32,000 nucleotides of DNA from Bacillus marinisedimentorum (GTDB lineage: Bacteria > Bacillota > Bacilli > Bacillales > Bacillaceae_O). The DNA is taken from assembly GCF_001644195.2 (NCBI RefSeq), contig NZ_LWBL02000039.1, forward strand, positions 38,309 to 70,308, read 5' to 3'. Positions 1-8,855 of this stretch are shown one piece after another. The position numbers and the translations under genes are program-made. The notes beneath the pieces were generated by a model. That model was not told the DNA's origin. It saw nothing but the letters and a program-made list of their open reading frames with translations, and made no database searches. Numbering within the stretch: the stretch's first letter is position 1; each line of letters opens with the position of its first letter.

Positions 1-321
1 TTTAATTGTAATATATTTCCCATAATCATTTTCAATCGTCTGCAGCGATACGAGCATGCCCTCAAGGAGCAGCTGTACCTTCTCATCTGTGTCTTTGTCT
101 GTCTCTGGGACAACACAGCGGAGAAAGCCGCCGTCTTCCCCCTGGCTCACTTCCAGATCCACATCCAGAAGGGACATGACAGCATTCAGGGCACCGAACG
201 AAACCGCAGATGCACCTGCACAAACGAGATCATGTCCATACGGGCCGCTTTCGGCATGCCCGCTCATCTCAAAAGACGAGATCGTGCCGTTATCGTTCCG
301 GCTGACTTCAACTTTTATCAT
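1..321 (-). CDS. prp: Ribosomal-processing cysteine protease Prp (YsxB family); the 3' end runs off the window
   Basis: Absent from the ORF track because it is open at the window edge. My reverse-strand translation from the ATG at 319-321 gives MIKVEVSRNDNGTISSFEMSGHAESGPYGHDLVCAGASAVSFGALNAV... The SGHA...DLVCAGAS segment matches the His/Cys region of the Prp family. It lies directly downstream of rplU, as in the rplU-ysxB-rpmA operon. Confidence 0.8.
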   Translation of the reverse strand, partial: MIKVEVSRNDNGTISSFEMSGHAESGPYGHDLVCAGASAVSFGALNAVMSLLDVDLEVSQGEDGGFLRCVVPETDKDTDEKVQLLLEGMLVSLQTIENDYGKYITIK

Positions 322-332
322 AAGCCGAAGCC

Positions 333-641
333 TTAACCGTTGATTTTGTCAATGACAACTTTAGTGTACGGCTGGCGATGGCCCTGCTTGCGGCGATAGT
401 TCTTCTTCGGCTTGTACTTGAATACAGTGAGCTTCTTCGCACGGCCGTGCTTTTCAACTTTCGCTGTAACAGTAGCACCGTCAACAACCGGGCTGCCGAC
501 TTTAACGTCGTCGCCTCCAACCATCAGTACGCGGTCGAACGTCACTGTTTCGCCTTCATTCACGTCCAATTTCTCAACGTAAACTTCCTGGCCTTCTTCA
601 ACACGAACTTGTTTTCCGCCTGTTTCAATAATTGCGTACAT
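333..641 (-). CDS. rplU: 50S ribosomal protein L21
   Basis: 102 aa beginning [18 protein letters not shown] and ending [19 protein letters not shown], a textbook L21 sequence. GGAGG RBS upstream. Confidence 0.97.
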   Translation of the reverse strand: MYAIIETGGKQVRVEEGQEVYVEKLDVNEGETVTFDRVLMVGGDDVKVGSPVVDGATVTAKVEKHGRAKKLTVFKYKPKKNYRRKQGHRQPYTKVVIDKING

Positions 642-741
642 TTCTGCACCTCCTCATTTACTAAGACTCGCCATCACAGGTGACTATGCTTGAATACCTG
701 GTCTGAGCGGTTGTAGCCGGGTGCGCTACAAATTAATAACA
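642..741 (-). promoter_or_regulatory. rplU 5' leader, probably the L21 ribosomal-protein leader
   Basis: A ~100 nt untranslated leader lies between a good sigma-A-type promoter and rplU. It contains the hairpin GTAGC-gcacccg-GCTAC followed by CCGCTCAGACCAGG, which resembles the L21 leader known upstream of rplU in Bacilli. Assigned from memory, not from a covariance model. Confidence 0.5.
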
Positions 742-747
742 AAATAA

Positions 748-777
748 ATCGTATCACATCATTCATTCATTTGTCAA
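748..777 (-). promoter_or_regulatory. Sigma-A-type promoter for the rplU operon
   Basis: Minus strand reads TTGACA (772-777), an 18 nt spacer, then TACGAT (748-753). Confidence 0.5.
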
Positions 778-784
778 CGGATTC

Positions 785-2260
785 TCAGCGTTTCGCAATG
801 CTTTCTTTTATCTCCGCAATCATTCCAAGACGGCGGATGACCGCAAACGGCCGGACAGCATCCGAGATGGTGATAAACAGCTTTTTATTTGCTATATTAT
901 CGAATCTTTCTTTATCGGTACGAAGCAGTCCGGCAACATCAGCCGACGCCTCCACCCAGGCGGCTTCCGCATCGTCACGGCTGTAATCAAGCAGTTCCCT
1001 TTCAAGCATGTACAGCACTTCCCAGCTTGACCGGACCCGGCCGGTTCCGCTGCATGACGGGCAGGGGTCTGTCATCTGTTCCAACAGGCTTTGCCTTGTT
1101 TTTTTCCTCGTCATTTCCACAAGGCCGAGTCTCGTAAATCCTTTTATGTCGGTCCGCTGTTTGTCAGATGAAAAAGCCTGCTGCAACTCTTTCAGTACAG
1201 CTTTGCGGTCTGTGTCTTTTTTCATGTCAATGAAATCAATCAGCAAAATACCTGATAAATTTCTTAGCCGTACTTGCTTTGCAATTTCGGTTGCCGCCTC
1301 CATATTCGTTTTGTACACCGTTTCGGAAAGGACGCGCCGGCCTGTGAATTTCCCGGTGTTCACATCAATGACCGTCATTGCCTCAGTCGTTTCAACGACG
1401 AGATAACCGCCGCTTTTCAGCCAGACTTTTTGCTGGAGCGCTTTTTCAATCTGCTGCTCAAGCCCGAATGCCGAAAATATGCCTCTTTCCCCTCTATAGA
1501 ACTCGACTTCAGCTGCAGCAGCGGAATAACCTGACAGTCTTTCTTTCAACTTATTGCAGACCAAGCTGTCATCGGCAGTGATAAGCCTGATATTTTCAAG
1601 GCCGGCATCCGTCATGATCTGTTCGATGAAGTCATTTTCTTCATAGATCAATATGGGGGCTGAACGGCCGGAGTATGTGCTGGTCATTTCCCGCCATCGC
1701 CTTCTGAGATAGCGGAGTTCCTCTTTCATCTCGCCTAGTTCCCAGCTGAGGCCCGCCGTCCGCACAATCAATCCTTCACGGTTTTCAGTCAGCAGGCGGG
1801 CTGTTGATTTCATTTTTTCCCGTTCGGAATCAGCAGCCCGTTTTGAAACGGCAACATAGTTCCCGTCCGGCAAATATACAAGTCCACGGCCCGGCACTTC
1901 CACAATATTGGTCAGCTTCGGCCCTTTGTCACCGGTCGGTTCTTTTACCACCTGGACAATGAGCTCTTCGCCCTGTTTCACAAGCTGCGAAATGGAAAGG
2001 CTGTCCTTTTCGCCTTCTGCCTTCTTGTTATGTTTAAAAGAAAGCAGCTGATCACGATGCAAATATCCGTTTTTTCCGATTCCAATGTCGACAAAACAGG
2101 CCTGCATTCCGGGCAGAACATCAATGACCCTTCCTTTATATATATTGCCGAGTATGCTGGTTTTCCCTGGATGGCGGATCACAACTTCTGCCAACCGGCT
2201 GCCTTCAAGAACAGCCATCCGTTTTTCCGTGCCCGCCATATTCAAAATTAGATGTCTCAT
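785..2260 (-). CDS. rng: RNase E/G family ribonuclease (Rng/CafA-like)
   Basis: 491 aa. N-terminal S1 domain (GNIYKGRVIDVLPGMQACFVDIG), followed by the RNase E/G catalytic core pattern (GLIVRTAG, VIDVNTGKF, IDFIDM) and a CPSCSGTG zinc-link-like motif. Confidence 0.88.
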   Translation of the reverse strand: MRHLILNMAGTEKRMAVLEGSRLAEVVIRHPGKTSILGNIYKGRVIDVLPGMQACFVDIGIGKNGYLHRDQLLSFKHNKKAEGEKDSLSISQLVKQGEELIVQVVKEPTGDKGPKLTNIVEVPGRGLVYLPDGNYVAVSKRAADSEREKMKSTARLLTENREGLIVRTAGLSWELGEMKEELRYLRRRWREMTSTYSGRSAPILIYEENDFIEQIMTDAGLENIRLITADDSLVCNKLKERLSGYSAAAAEVEFYRGERGIFSAFGLEQQIEKALQQKVWLKSGGYLVVETTEAMTVIDVNTGKFTGRRVLSETVYKTNMEAATEIAKQVRLRNLSGILLIDFIDMKKDTDRKAVLKELQQAFSSDKQRTDIKGFTRLGLVEMTRKKTRQSLLEQMTDPCPSCSGTGRVRSSWEVLYMLERELLDYSRDDAEAAWVEASADVAGLLRTDKERFDNIANKKLFITISDAVRPFAVIRRLGMIAEIKESIAKR

Positions 2261-2294
2261 CGTCCCACTTCCCGATTATGTGCTGTCCTTTATT

Positions 2295-3143
2295 CTAATC
2301 GAAAAGCTCCCCGATTGTACAGGAGGTCCGCTTCTCTTTGAAATATGCCTGAAGGACAAGCTGTTCTTCGGCATTCTTTTCCGGCACGCCTTCCTGGTGG
2401 AAAGAATGCTTTTTGGTTCGGTAAAAAAGCGGAAACAGGCCGGTCACTTGTTCATCTCCGCGGACAGAATAATCGACGACCGGTTTTCCGGCAGTAATGG
2501 AAGGCCTTGAATACCGTTCAAGCAGGAACCTGATCAGGAGGTACCCCCGCTGCTTCCACTCCTGCCGGAGAGAAAAAAGGATGAATGAAAATACAAGCCA
2601 CAAATTAAGCTGGTAAGGGATCACAAAAAAAACAGCAGCCGAGCATATGATCAGCAACCCCAGGGAAACAAGCAGCATAACAGCATGGGCTTTTTTAAAG
2701 GGAAGACGCACGGAGAGCAGGAGAAACAGCAGTTTTCCTCCGTCCAGCGGCCAGACCGGGAGGAGATTGAACAGAAGGATAGTCAAATTATATTCCATCA
2801 AGCGGCGGAACAAGTCAGGAGCAAGCAAACCATTCATGCTTAAGCTAATGGCGAGGACCGCAATAAATAGGTGCTGGATTGGACCGGCAAGGATAACAGC
2901 AGCCTCCTCTGCAGCCGGCCTGTTTCCGTATTCTTCCACCTTCGCCACCCCTCCGAACGGCAGCAGCATGACAGAGGTGATCCGCCACTTGTAATATGCA
3001 GCCGCAGCAGCGTGGCCAATTTCATGCCAGAAGACGACCGCGAACAATAAAACGACTTCTGTAAAACGGCCGGAAGCGATTCCGAGTCCGAGTACCAGCC
3101 AAAAAAGCGGATGAATATGGATTTTGCCGAATAGGTCATTCAA
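2295..3143 (-). CDS. spoIVFB: Stage IV sporulation intramembrane metalloprotease SpoIVFB (site-2 protease, M50)
   Basis: HEIGH zinc motif in a TM segment, NLLPVWPLDGG motif and a C-terminal soluble domain. Collinear with B. subtilis SpoIVFB. TTG start at 3141-3143 overlaps the spoIVFA stop codon. Confidence 0.92.
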   Translation of the reverse strand: MNDLFGKIHIHPLFWLVLGLGIASGRFTEVVLLFAVVFWHEIGHAAAAAYYKWRITSVMLLPFGGVAKVEEYGNRPAAEEAAVILAGPIQHLFIAVLAISLSMNGLLAPDLFRRLMEYNLTILLFNLLPVWPLDGGKLLFLLLSVRLPFKKAHAVMLLVSLGLLIICSAAVFFVIPYQLNLWLVFSFILFSLRQEWKQRGYLLIRFLLERYSRPSITAGKPVVDYSVRGDEQVTGLFPLFYRTKKHSFHQEGVPEKNAEEQLVLQAYFKEKRTSCTIGELFD

Positions 3144-3948
3144 ACGGGAACACCTTTAAAGGGTCGATGAAGTCACCGTCTTGCTTAATCGCAAAATAAA
3201 ATGATCCCGCACCGCTGTCCCCCTGTTTCACTGTTCCGATTCTTGTTTTTGTTTCAATGAAGTCGTATAGCCGTACATCTATATCTTCCAGATTTCCATA
3301 CCACGTTTCCCATGTTTTCGTGCCGTCGGCATGCTGGATGATGACCGTATTTCCGAACTCTTCTTTTTGGCCTGCAAAAATGACAATTCCCTCTTTTACA
3401 GCTTCAACAGCCGAATTTCCGCCTGTTTCAAGATGAATCCCTTCACCGTTTTTCTCAAAGCTTTCCGTCACTTTTCCACCGATTACCGGCACCGCATAAT
3501 CATAAGAACTCTCCAGTTTATCGCCGGCAGGAGTCCCTTCACGTTCCGCCTCCTTTTCCGGAAGAAGAGCGACCGGTGTGCCGAATGTGTCTTTATACCA
3601 GGTAGAAACGGCAGCGAACTGAAACTCCTGCTCGAACGTGCTCGTCACAGCCGAACGGGCTTCATCAAGAGCCGGAGTCGTATCCTTGAATAATATTCCG
3701 GCAGATAAAAACAAGGCGGAGGCGGTCAGAATCCTGAATATAAGCCACTCCCTGTTGAAAAGAGGATGCCCTTTGCTGCCTGTTTTCTGAAATTCCTGGG
3801 AACTGAGCGGCGCCAGTCCATGCCTCTCCTCCACTCCCGGCAGCTTCACGTAGCGGCCCGGTCTGCCCTCTTGTTTCACAACCCTGCCCTTACTGGCCTG
3901 CCGGCGCTTTTCAATTCGTTTGCGCGCTTCTGTCACTCGATTTTTCAT
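3136..3948 (-). CDS. spoIVFA: Stage IV sporulation protein FA (degenerate LytM/M23 domain)
   Basis: Collinear with B. subtilis SpoIVFA: RKRIEKRR near the N-terminus, FEQEFQFAAVSTWY, and a C-terminal YFAIKQDGDFIDPLKV. I prefer the ATG at 3946-3948 (RBS GAAGGATGG 8 nt upstream) to the ORF-track start at 3981, which has no RBS. Confidence 0.88.
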   Translation of the reverse strand: MKNRVTEARKRIEKRRQASKGRVVKQEGRPGRYVKLPGVEERHGLAPLSSQEFQKTGSKGHPLFNREWLIFRILTASALFLSAGILFKDTTPALDEARSAVTSTFEQEFQFAAVSTWYKDTFGTPVALLPEKEAEREGTPAGDKLESSYDYAVPVIGGKVTESFEKNGEGIHLETGGNSAVEAVKEGIVIFAGQKEEFGNTVIIQHADGTKTWETWYGNLEDIDVRLYDFIETKTRIGTVKQGDSGAGSFYFAIKQDGDFIDPLKVFPFE

Positions 3949-4040
3949 ATTCACAACCATCCTTCGGCTTTTTACTATCATCCTATGACTTGTCCGTGTG
4001 GTTTATGAGTTAGCGTTCGGTGTTGATATGGTGACTTGCA

Positions 4041-4208
4041 GGGAGTCAGGAGGAAACCGGATTTCAGCACAAAAGAACAAAAGCGCAAGGCGCCCGCTTA
4101 GCGGCGTACGCATAAGCGGGGGTACCCGCAGGAAGGTGATCTTTCCTTCCGAAGGGGATCACCGCTTATGACGATAGCCGCTGGCGCCTGGAGCTGGATG
4201 ACTCCCTT
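4041..4208. repeat. 168 nt nested palindrome (REP/MITE-like structured intergenic element)
   Basis: Nested inverted-repeat pairs: AGGGAGTCA 4041-4049 with TGACTCCCT 4200-4208; AGGCGCC 4089-4095 with GGCGCCT 4184-4190; AGCGGC 4101-4106 with GCCGCT 4178-4183; CATAAGCGG 4112-4120 with CCGCTTATG 4163-4171; GGTGATC 4136-4142 with GATCACC 4158-4164. The GCGCCTGGAGC-type tail resembles GC-rich intergenic repeats I recall from other Bacillus genomes. Confidence 0.6.
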
Positions 4209-4307
4209 CTCGCTTTTTATCCACAACGCAACAATTTTATATTTTCCTTAACAGCAAAAAAACCCTGCCAGAGACAGAGCGTTTCATGAATATTTTAATT
4301 TGAAAGT

Positions 4308-4394
4308 GGAGTCGGCTTCCGATGCAGATGCTTGCTTTCACCAGGAGCATAGTGCGGTATCCGTTCTTGTTTGCCTTCGGTCGCACTTATGGTG
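4308..4394 (+). ncRNA. Copy A of an unclassified structured element (paralog of 23549-23668)
   Basis: Roughly 70% identical by hand alignment to 23566-23650. Hairpin CATAGTGCGGT (4348-4358) with GGTCGCACTTATG (4380-4391) encloses the 21 nt loop ATCCGTTCTTGTTTGCCTTCG. The strand is assigned from two G-U pairs that are only possible in plus-strand RNA. Confidence 0.45.
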
Positions 4395-4767
4395 TATTCT
4401 TTGCCGCTGTCTGGAGGCGAGCCTCCGGCGGGGTTATACCTTTCCTGCCGCTCCCGTCGGAGGGGATTGCTGAAGACAAAAATAAATGGTACAAGGGGAT
4501 CCGGTGATACTCCGCTTTCCCTGCATGCGGTGAGAATTCAGGGATTGATGTTTAACAACATCCTTCGGAAACACGGACGAGCCAAAGCCCCGCAGCCCGG
4601 AATGCAACAAGCGGTGAGGCTGTACGGAGCCTCCGTAAACCCTTGTCAACAGATAAATCCTCCGATATATCATCCTGTCAATAACAGTTAGCACGGTTAT
4701 TGAATTCAGTCTCATTTGAAGAGGCAGTTTCAGGGCGTCCGTTTGAAAAGATTCCCCTCAGGCTGAA

Positions 4768-5565
4768 TTAACGGATTCCGAAAAATTTCTTCATCTTTGC
4801 GAACATTCCTTTTTCCTCTTCCAATGAGAGGAGCGGGACTGATTCACCGAGTATCCGGCGAGCAATGTTGCGGTAGGCGATTGACGCTTTCGTTGAAGGA
4901 TCAAGCGCGATCGGTTCACCGCTATTGGAAGCCTTGATGACATTGTCATCATCAGCGACGATTCCAAGCAGGTCGATAGCCAGGACAGAAACGATTTCAT
5001 CGACATCAAGCATATCGCCGCTTTTCATCATATGATTGCGGATCCTGTTGACAACAAGGCGCGGCGACTCGATTTGATCTTCCTGTTCCAGAAGGCCGAT
5101 GATACGATCAGCGTCTCTTACGGATGACACTTCCGGTGTGGTGACGACAATCGCCTTGTCCGCACCTGCGACGGCATTTTTGAAGCCCTGCTCGATACCG
5201 GCCGGACAGTCAATCAGAATATAATCGAAGTCTTGCTTAAGCTCGTTAATGATTTCTACCATCTGTCCAGGTGTCACCGCCGACTTATCTTTGGTCTGGG
5301 CAGCCGGCAGCAAATATAAATGTTCAAACCGCTTATCTTTGATCAAGGCCTGCTGCAGCCGGCACCGGCCTTCAGCAGCATCGACAAGATCATAAATAAT
5401 CCGGTTTTCAAGCCCCATAACGACATCCAGATTCCGTAGACCGATATCCGTGTCAACAAGGCACACTTTTTTTCCTGTAAGGGCCAGAGCGGTTCCGATA
5501 TTCGCTGTAGTGGTTGTCTTACCTACCCCGCCTTTGCCAGATGTGATGACGATTGCATCTCCCAC
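4768..5565 (-). CDS. minD: Septum site-determining ATPase MinD
   Basis: ITSGKGGVGKTTTTANIG deviant Walker A motif, full-length ParA/MinD fold and a C-terminal amphipathic helix (KGMFAKMKKFFGIR). GTG start with an AAGGGGA RBS. Confidence 0.97.
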   Translation of the reverse strand: MGDAIVITSGKGGVGKTTTTANIGTALALTGKKVCLVDTDIGLRNLDVVMGLENRIIYDLVDAAEGRCRLQQALIKDKRFEHLYLLPAAQTKDKSAVTPGQMVEIINELKQDFDYILIDCPAGIEQGFKNAVAGADKAIVVTTPEVSSVRDADRIIGLLEQEDQIESPRLVVNRIRNHMMKSGDMLDVDEIVSVLAIDLLGIVADDDNVIKASNSGEPIALDPSTKASIAYRNIARRILGESVPLLSLEEEKGMFAKMKKFFGIR

Positions 5566-5580
5566 GCTGCATTCCCCTTT

Positions 5581-6255
5581 CTATTTCAACCTGTTTAACT
5601 GCGGCCTGATATGGGTCAAATACTGAAGCCGCTCAATCAGGATTTGATGGTTTTCATCTATATAGGCACATTCCATATCGAGTTGATCTTCTTCGTTTTT
5701 CGAATCGGGTGACCTTGAAATCACATCTGCGATTCTAAGCTGTGATGGTTTCATGATGGAAGCAGCGACGACGGCATCTTCGTTTCCGTTGCAGCCGGCA
5801 TGAGCGATTCCTTTCAATGCCCCCAGCACGAAAATGTTGCCTGCAGCCTTGACGGTACCGCCGGGATTGACATCGCCGATTAAAAGCAGGTCGCCTTTCA
5901 CCTCCAGAACCTGTCCTGAACGGACAATTTTGGCCGCGGACAGCACTTCCTGGCTTTCTTTCCATTCGCGCGCCTCTTTTTTGGTCATGACACTGGAGTT
6001 TATTTCTTCTACGACTAGATTCTTTTTGGTGCGGATCAATTCACGGATCTGCTCTTCCTGCTCCTTTGTCAAATAGCGATTGCCCACTTCCAGACGGACA
6101 ATAACCAGGGGGCGTTCTTCATCTTGATGATGGTTAGAAGAGAGTTTATGGTCAAGCTCCTTAAGGAGCTCATCAAACGAACACTTGTCATCGATGTACA
6201 GGGTCAAGCCTTTTTTCGTGCCTTTGATCGCCACGTATTGCTGATTGTGTCCCAT
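5581..6255 (-). CDS. minC: Septum site-determining protein MinC
   Basis: [19 protein letters not shown] at the N-terminus and a C-terminal beta-helix segment [39 protein letters not shown]. Collinear with B. subtilis MinC. Confidence 0.95.
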   Translation of the reverse strand: MGHNQQYVAIKGTKKGLTLYIDDKCSFDELLKELDHKLSSNHHQDEERPLVIVRLEVGNRYLTKEQEEQIRELIRTKKNLVVEEINSSVMTKKEAREWKESQEVLSAAKIVRSGQVLEVKGDLLLIGDVNPGGTVKAAGNIFVLGALKGIAHAGCNGNEDAVVAASIMKPSQLRIADVISRSPDSKNEEDQLDMECAYIDENHQILIERLQYLTHIRPQLNRLK

Positions 6256-6283
6256 ATGAACTGTTCACCTCAGAGAATAATAA

Positions 6284-6290
6284 TTCGACA
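6284..6290 (-). promoter_or_regulatory. Candidate Spo0A box (TTTGTCGAA) 29 nt upstream of the minC start
   Basis: The minus strand reads gaTTTGTCGAAtt. TGTCGAA is the 0A-box core. This is one of four copies of the 9-mer TTTGTCGAA in the window, all of them intergenic. Confidence 0.35.
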
Positions 6291-6295
6291 AATCG

Positions 6296-6317
6296 TCCGG
6301 AACTCCTTTTTTCCGGA
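6296..6317 (-). terminator. Hairpin just after mreD (weak terminator or attenuator candidate)
   Basis: TCCGGAA (6296-6302) pairs with TTCCGGA (6311-6317), starting 9 nt after the mreD stop. On the minus strand it is followed by the moderately T-rich CGATTTGTCGAATTATTATTC. Confidence 0.3.
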
Positions 6318-6325
6318 AGACCGGT

Positions 6326-6847
6326 TCAGCTTTCCTGCAGATTGGCTTTCCGCAGGTCGATAAACCATTTCCTGAACGGAAAAAAGACGGCCAGGACGAA
6401 TAGCGCATTCAAAATGAGCGTCGGATAAAGCCTGTTATTCAGGAAAGTCTCAAACAGCATATGGGTAATGCCGATCAAACTGTACATCCCATAAACCGTA
6501 AATTCCAGTGCAGCCACCATGCCGAGACCGACAAGCAGCACGACAAAAAAGCTGGCATGAAGAAACTTCATCAGCTGGACAGTGATATAGGCAAAAAAAG
6601 CGAACGTGAACATATAAATGCCAATAATATCAGTGTATACCAGATCATAAAGCAAGCCTGTGAACATGCCGTAATAAATTCCATATACAGGATCATAAAA
6701 AATGGCGATGAACAGGATGGTAATAAATAAAAAGTGGGGTACGGGCAAATAAAGCAGCCCGAACAGCTCAGGCGGCATATTGTCTGCAAAAATGCTTTCA
6801 GCGATCAAAATGAACAGGACAACAAAAGGAAGGATGGCTCTGGTCAT
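6326..6847 (-). CDS. mreD: Rod shape-determining protein MreD
   Basis: 173 aa polytopic membrane protein. Overlaps the mreC stop by 4 nt. N-terminus ILPFVVLFILIAESIF matches the MreD pattern, and the position between mreC and minC is as expected. Confidence 0.85.
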   Translation of the reverse strand: MTRAILPFVVLFILIAESIFADNMPPELFGLLYLPVPHFLFITILFIAIFYDPVYGIYYGMFTGLLYDLVYTDIIGIYMFTFAFFAYITVQLMKFLHASFFVVLLVGLGMVAALEFTVYGMYSLIGITHMLFETFLNNRLYPTLILNALFVLAVFFPFRKWFIDLRKANLQES

Positions 6848-7725
6848 CCCTCATCATCCTCCTTTTGCTGATCCAATTCAGGTTCCGGAGAAACAGCCTG
6901 CCGTTCCACGATCACCACATGGTCAATATCATAAAAGTCTGCGGCAGGCTTGATCAGCGCTGTCTGGGTCAATCCGTATTCATCCGACTGCACCTCAATG
7001 ATTTCCCCGATGACGAGCCCTTCAGGAAAGACACCGCCAAGGCCGGAGGTCACAACCATTTCCCCTTTTTTCACTTCCACATCAAACGGGATACGCTTAA
7101 ACAGCAATGCCTGCTTGTCCGGGTCATATCCTTCGATAAGGCCGAACACTTTTTCTTTGCCGCTGACTACCGCAGATATGCGGTTTGTCCGGTCCATACC
7201 GCTCAACAGCTTGACACTCGACGTAAACTGGGCAGTGAATTTGACCCTTCCAAGCATGCCGTCCGGTGTGATGACAGCCATATCCTGTTTCACACCGTGC
7301 TGTGCTCCTTTATTGACAGTAATCATTTCATTCCAGCGATCCGGACTGCGGGCAATGACAGTGGCCTGGATCGGATTCATATCCGATAAGTCATCTTTTT
7401 TATCAAGGATGTTCCGGAGCCGACCGTTTTCATCCCTAAGCTCGTTAGCTTCGATTGAAAGCTCTACATATTCGTCAAGGCGGGCCTTGAGCCTCGCATT
7501 TTCGCTGTACAAATTCTTCATTTCATCTACGTTTTCAAAGAAACCCGCTACAAATTGAGCGGGTTGGTGAAAGACCGACTGAAACCATCCGGTCGTATCT
7601 TTGACTAACTGTTCCGGCCAGGACAGCTGCTGGCGGTTATTCAAGGAAAAACCGATCAATGCCACGAGAAAGATGATGCTTACTAGCAGGACGATAAGCC
7701 GTTTATTGAAAAAGAATTGTGGCAT
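6844..7725 (-). CDS. mreC: Rod shape-determining protein MreC
   Basis: N-terminal TM segment, coiled coil (NARLKARLDEY) and beta-barrel domains (GMLGRV, VVTSGLGGVFPEGLVIGEI). Acidic tail. Confidence 0.93.
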   Translation of the reverse strand: MPQFFFNKRLIVLLVSIIFLVALIGFSLNNRQQLSWPEQLVKDTTGWFQSVFHQPAQFVAGFFENVDEMKNLYSENARLKARLDEYVELSIEANELRDENGRLRNILDKKDDLSDMNPIQATVIARSPDRWNEMITVNKGAQHGVKQDMAVITPDGMLGRVKFTAQFTSSVKLLSGMDRTNRISAVVSGKEKVFGLIEGYDPDKQALLFKRIPFDVEVKKGEMVVTSGLGGVFPEGLVIGEIIEVQSDEYGLTQTALIKPAADFYDIDHVVIVERQAVSPEPELDQQKEDDEG

Positions 7726-7737
7726 GACTACACCCTC

Positions 7738-8781
<1,044 letters not shown>

Positions 8782-8855
8782 TCACGTATCTCCCTTTCTT
8801 ATGTGTAAAAACTCATAATTTTAATTATACGATAAACGAAATCAAAAGGATAGTA

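Noticed and set aside
3982-4040. Possible sigma-E promoter for spoIVFA (minus strand CCATATC ... CATAAACC, about 4000-4031).
   Set aside because: It resembles the ATA...CATACA-T sigma-E pattern, but the spacing and the -10 match are uncertain without a matrix. I did not list it as a feature.
4345-4400. Resemblance of GAGCATAGTGCG...CGCACTTATGG to group II intron domain V, and of minus-strand GTGCGACC to a GUGYG intron 5' end.
   Set aside because: The helix geometry does not fit domain V: the loop is 21 nt instead of a GNRA tetraloop, the bulge is on the wrong strand and the basal pairs fail. There is no reverse transcriptase or maturase ORF and no other intron domains nearby.
4322-4715. ORF-track ORFs in the minD-spoIVFA spacer: 4322-4507 (+), 4371-4691 (+) and 4434-4715 (-).
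   Set aside because: They overlap one another, lack Shine-Dalgarno sequences and give non-protein-like translations. The reading frame is not preserved between element copies A and B, where indels break it. I treat the region as non-coding.
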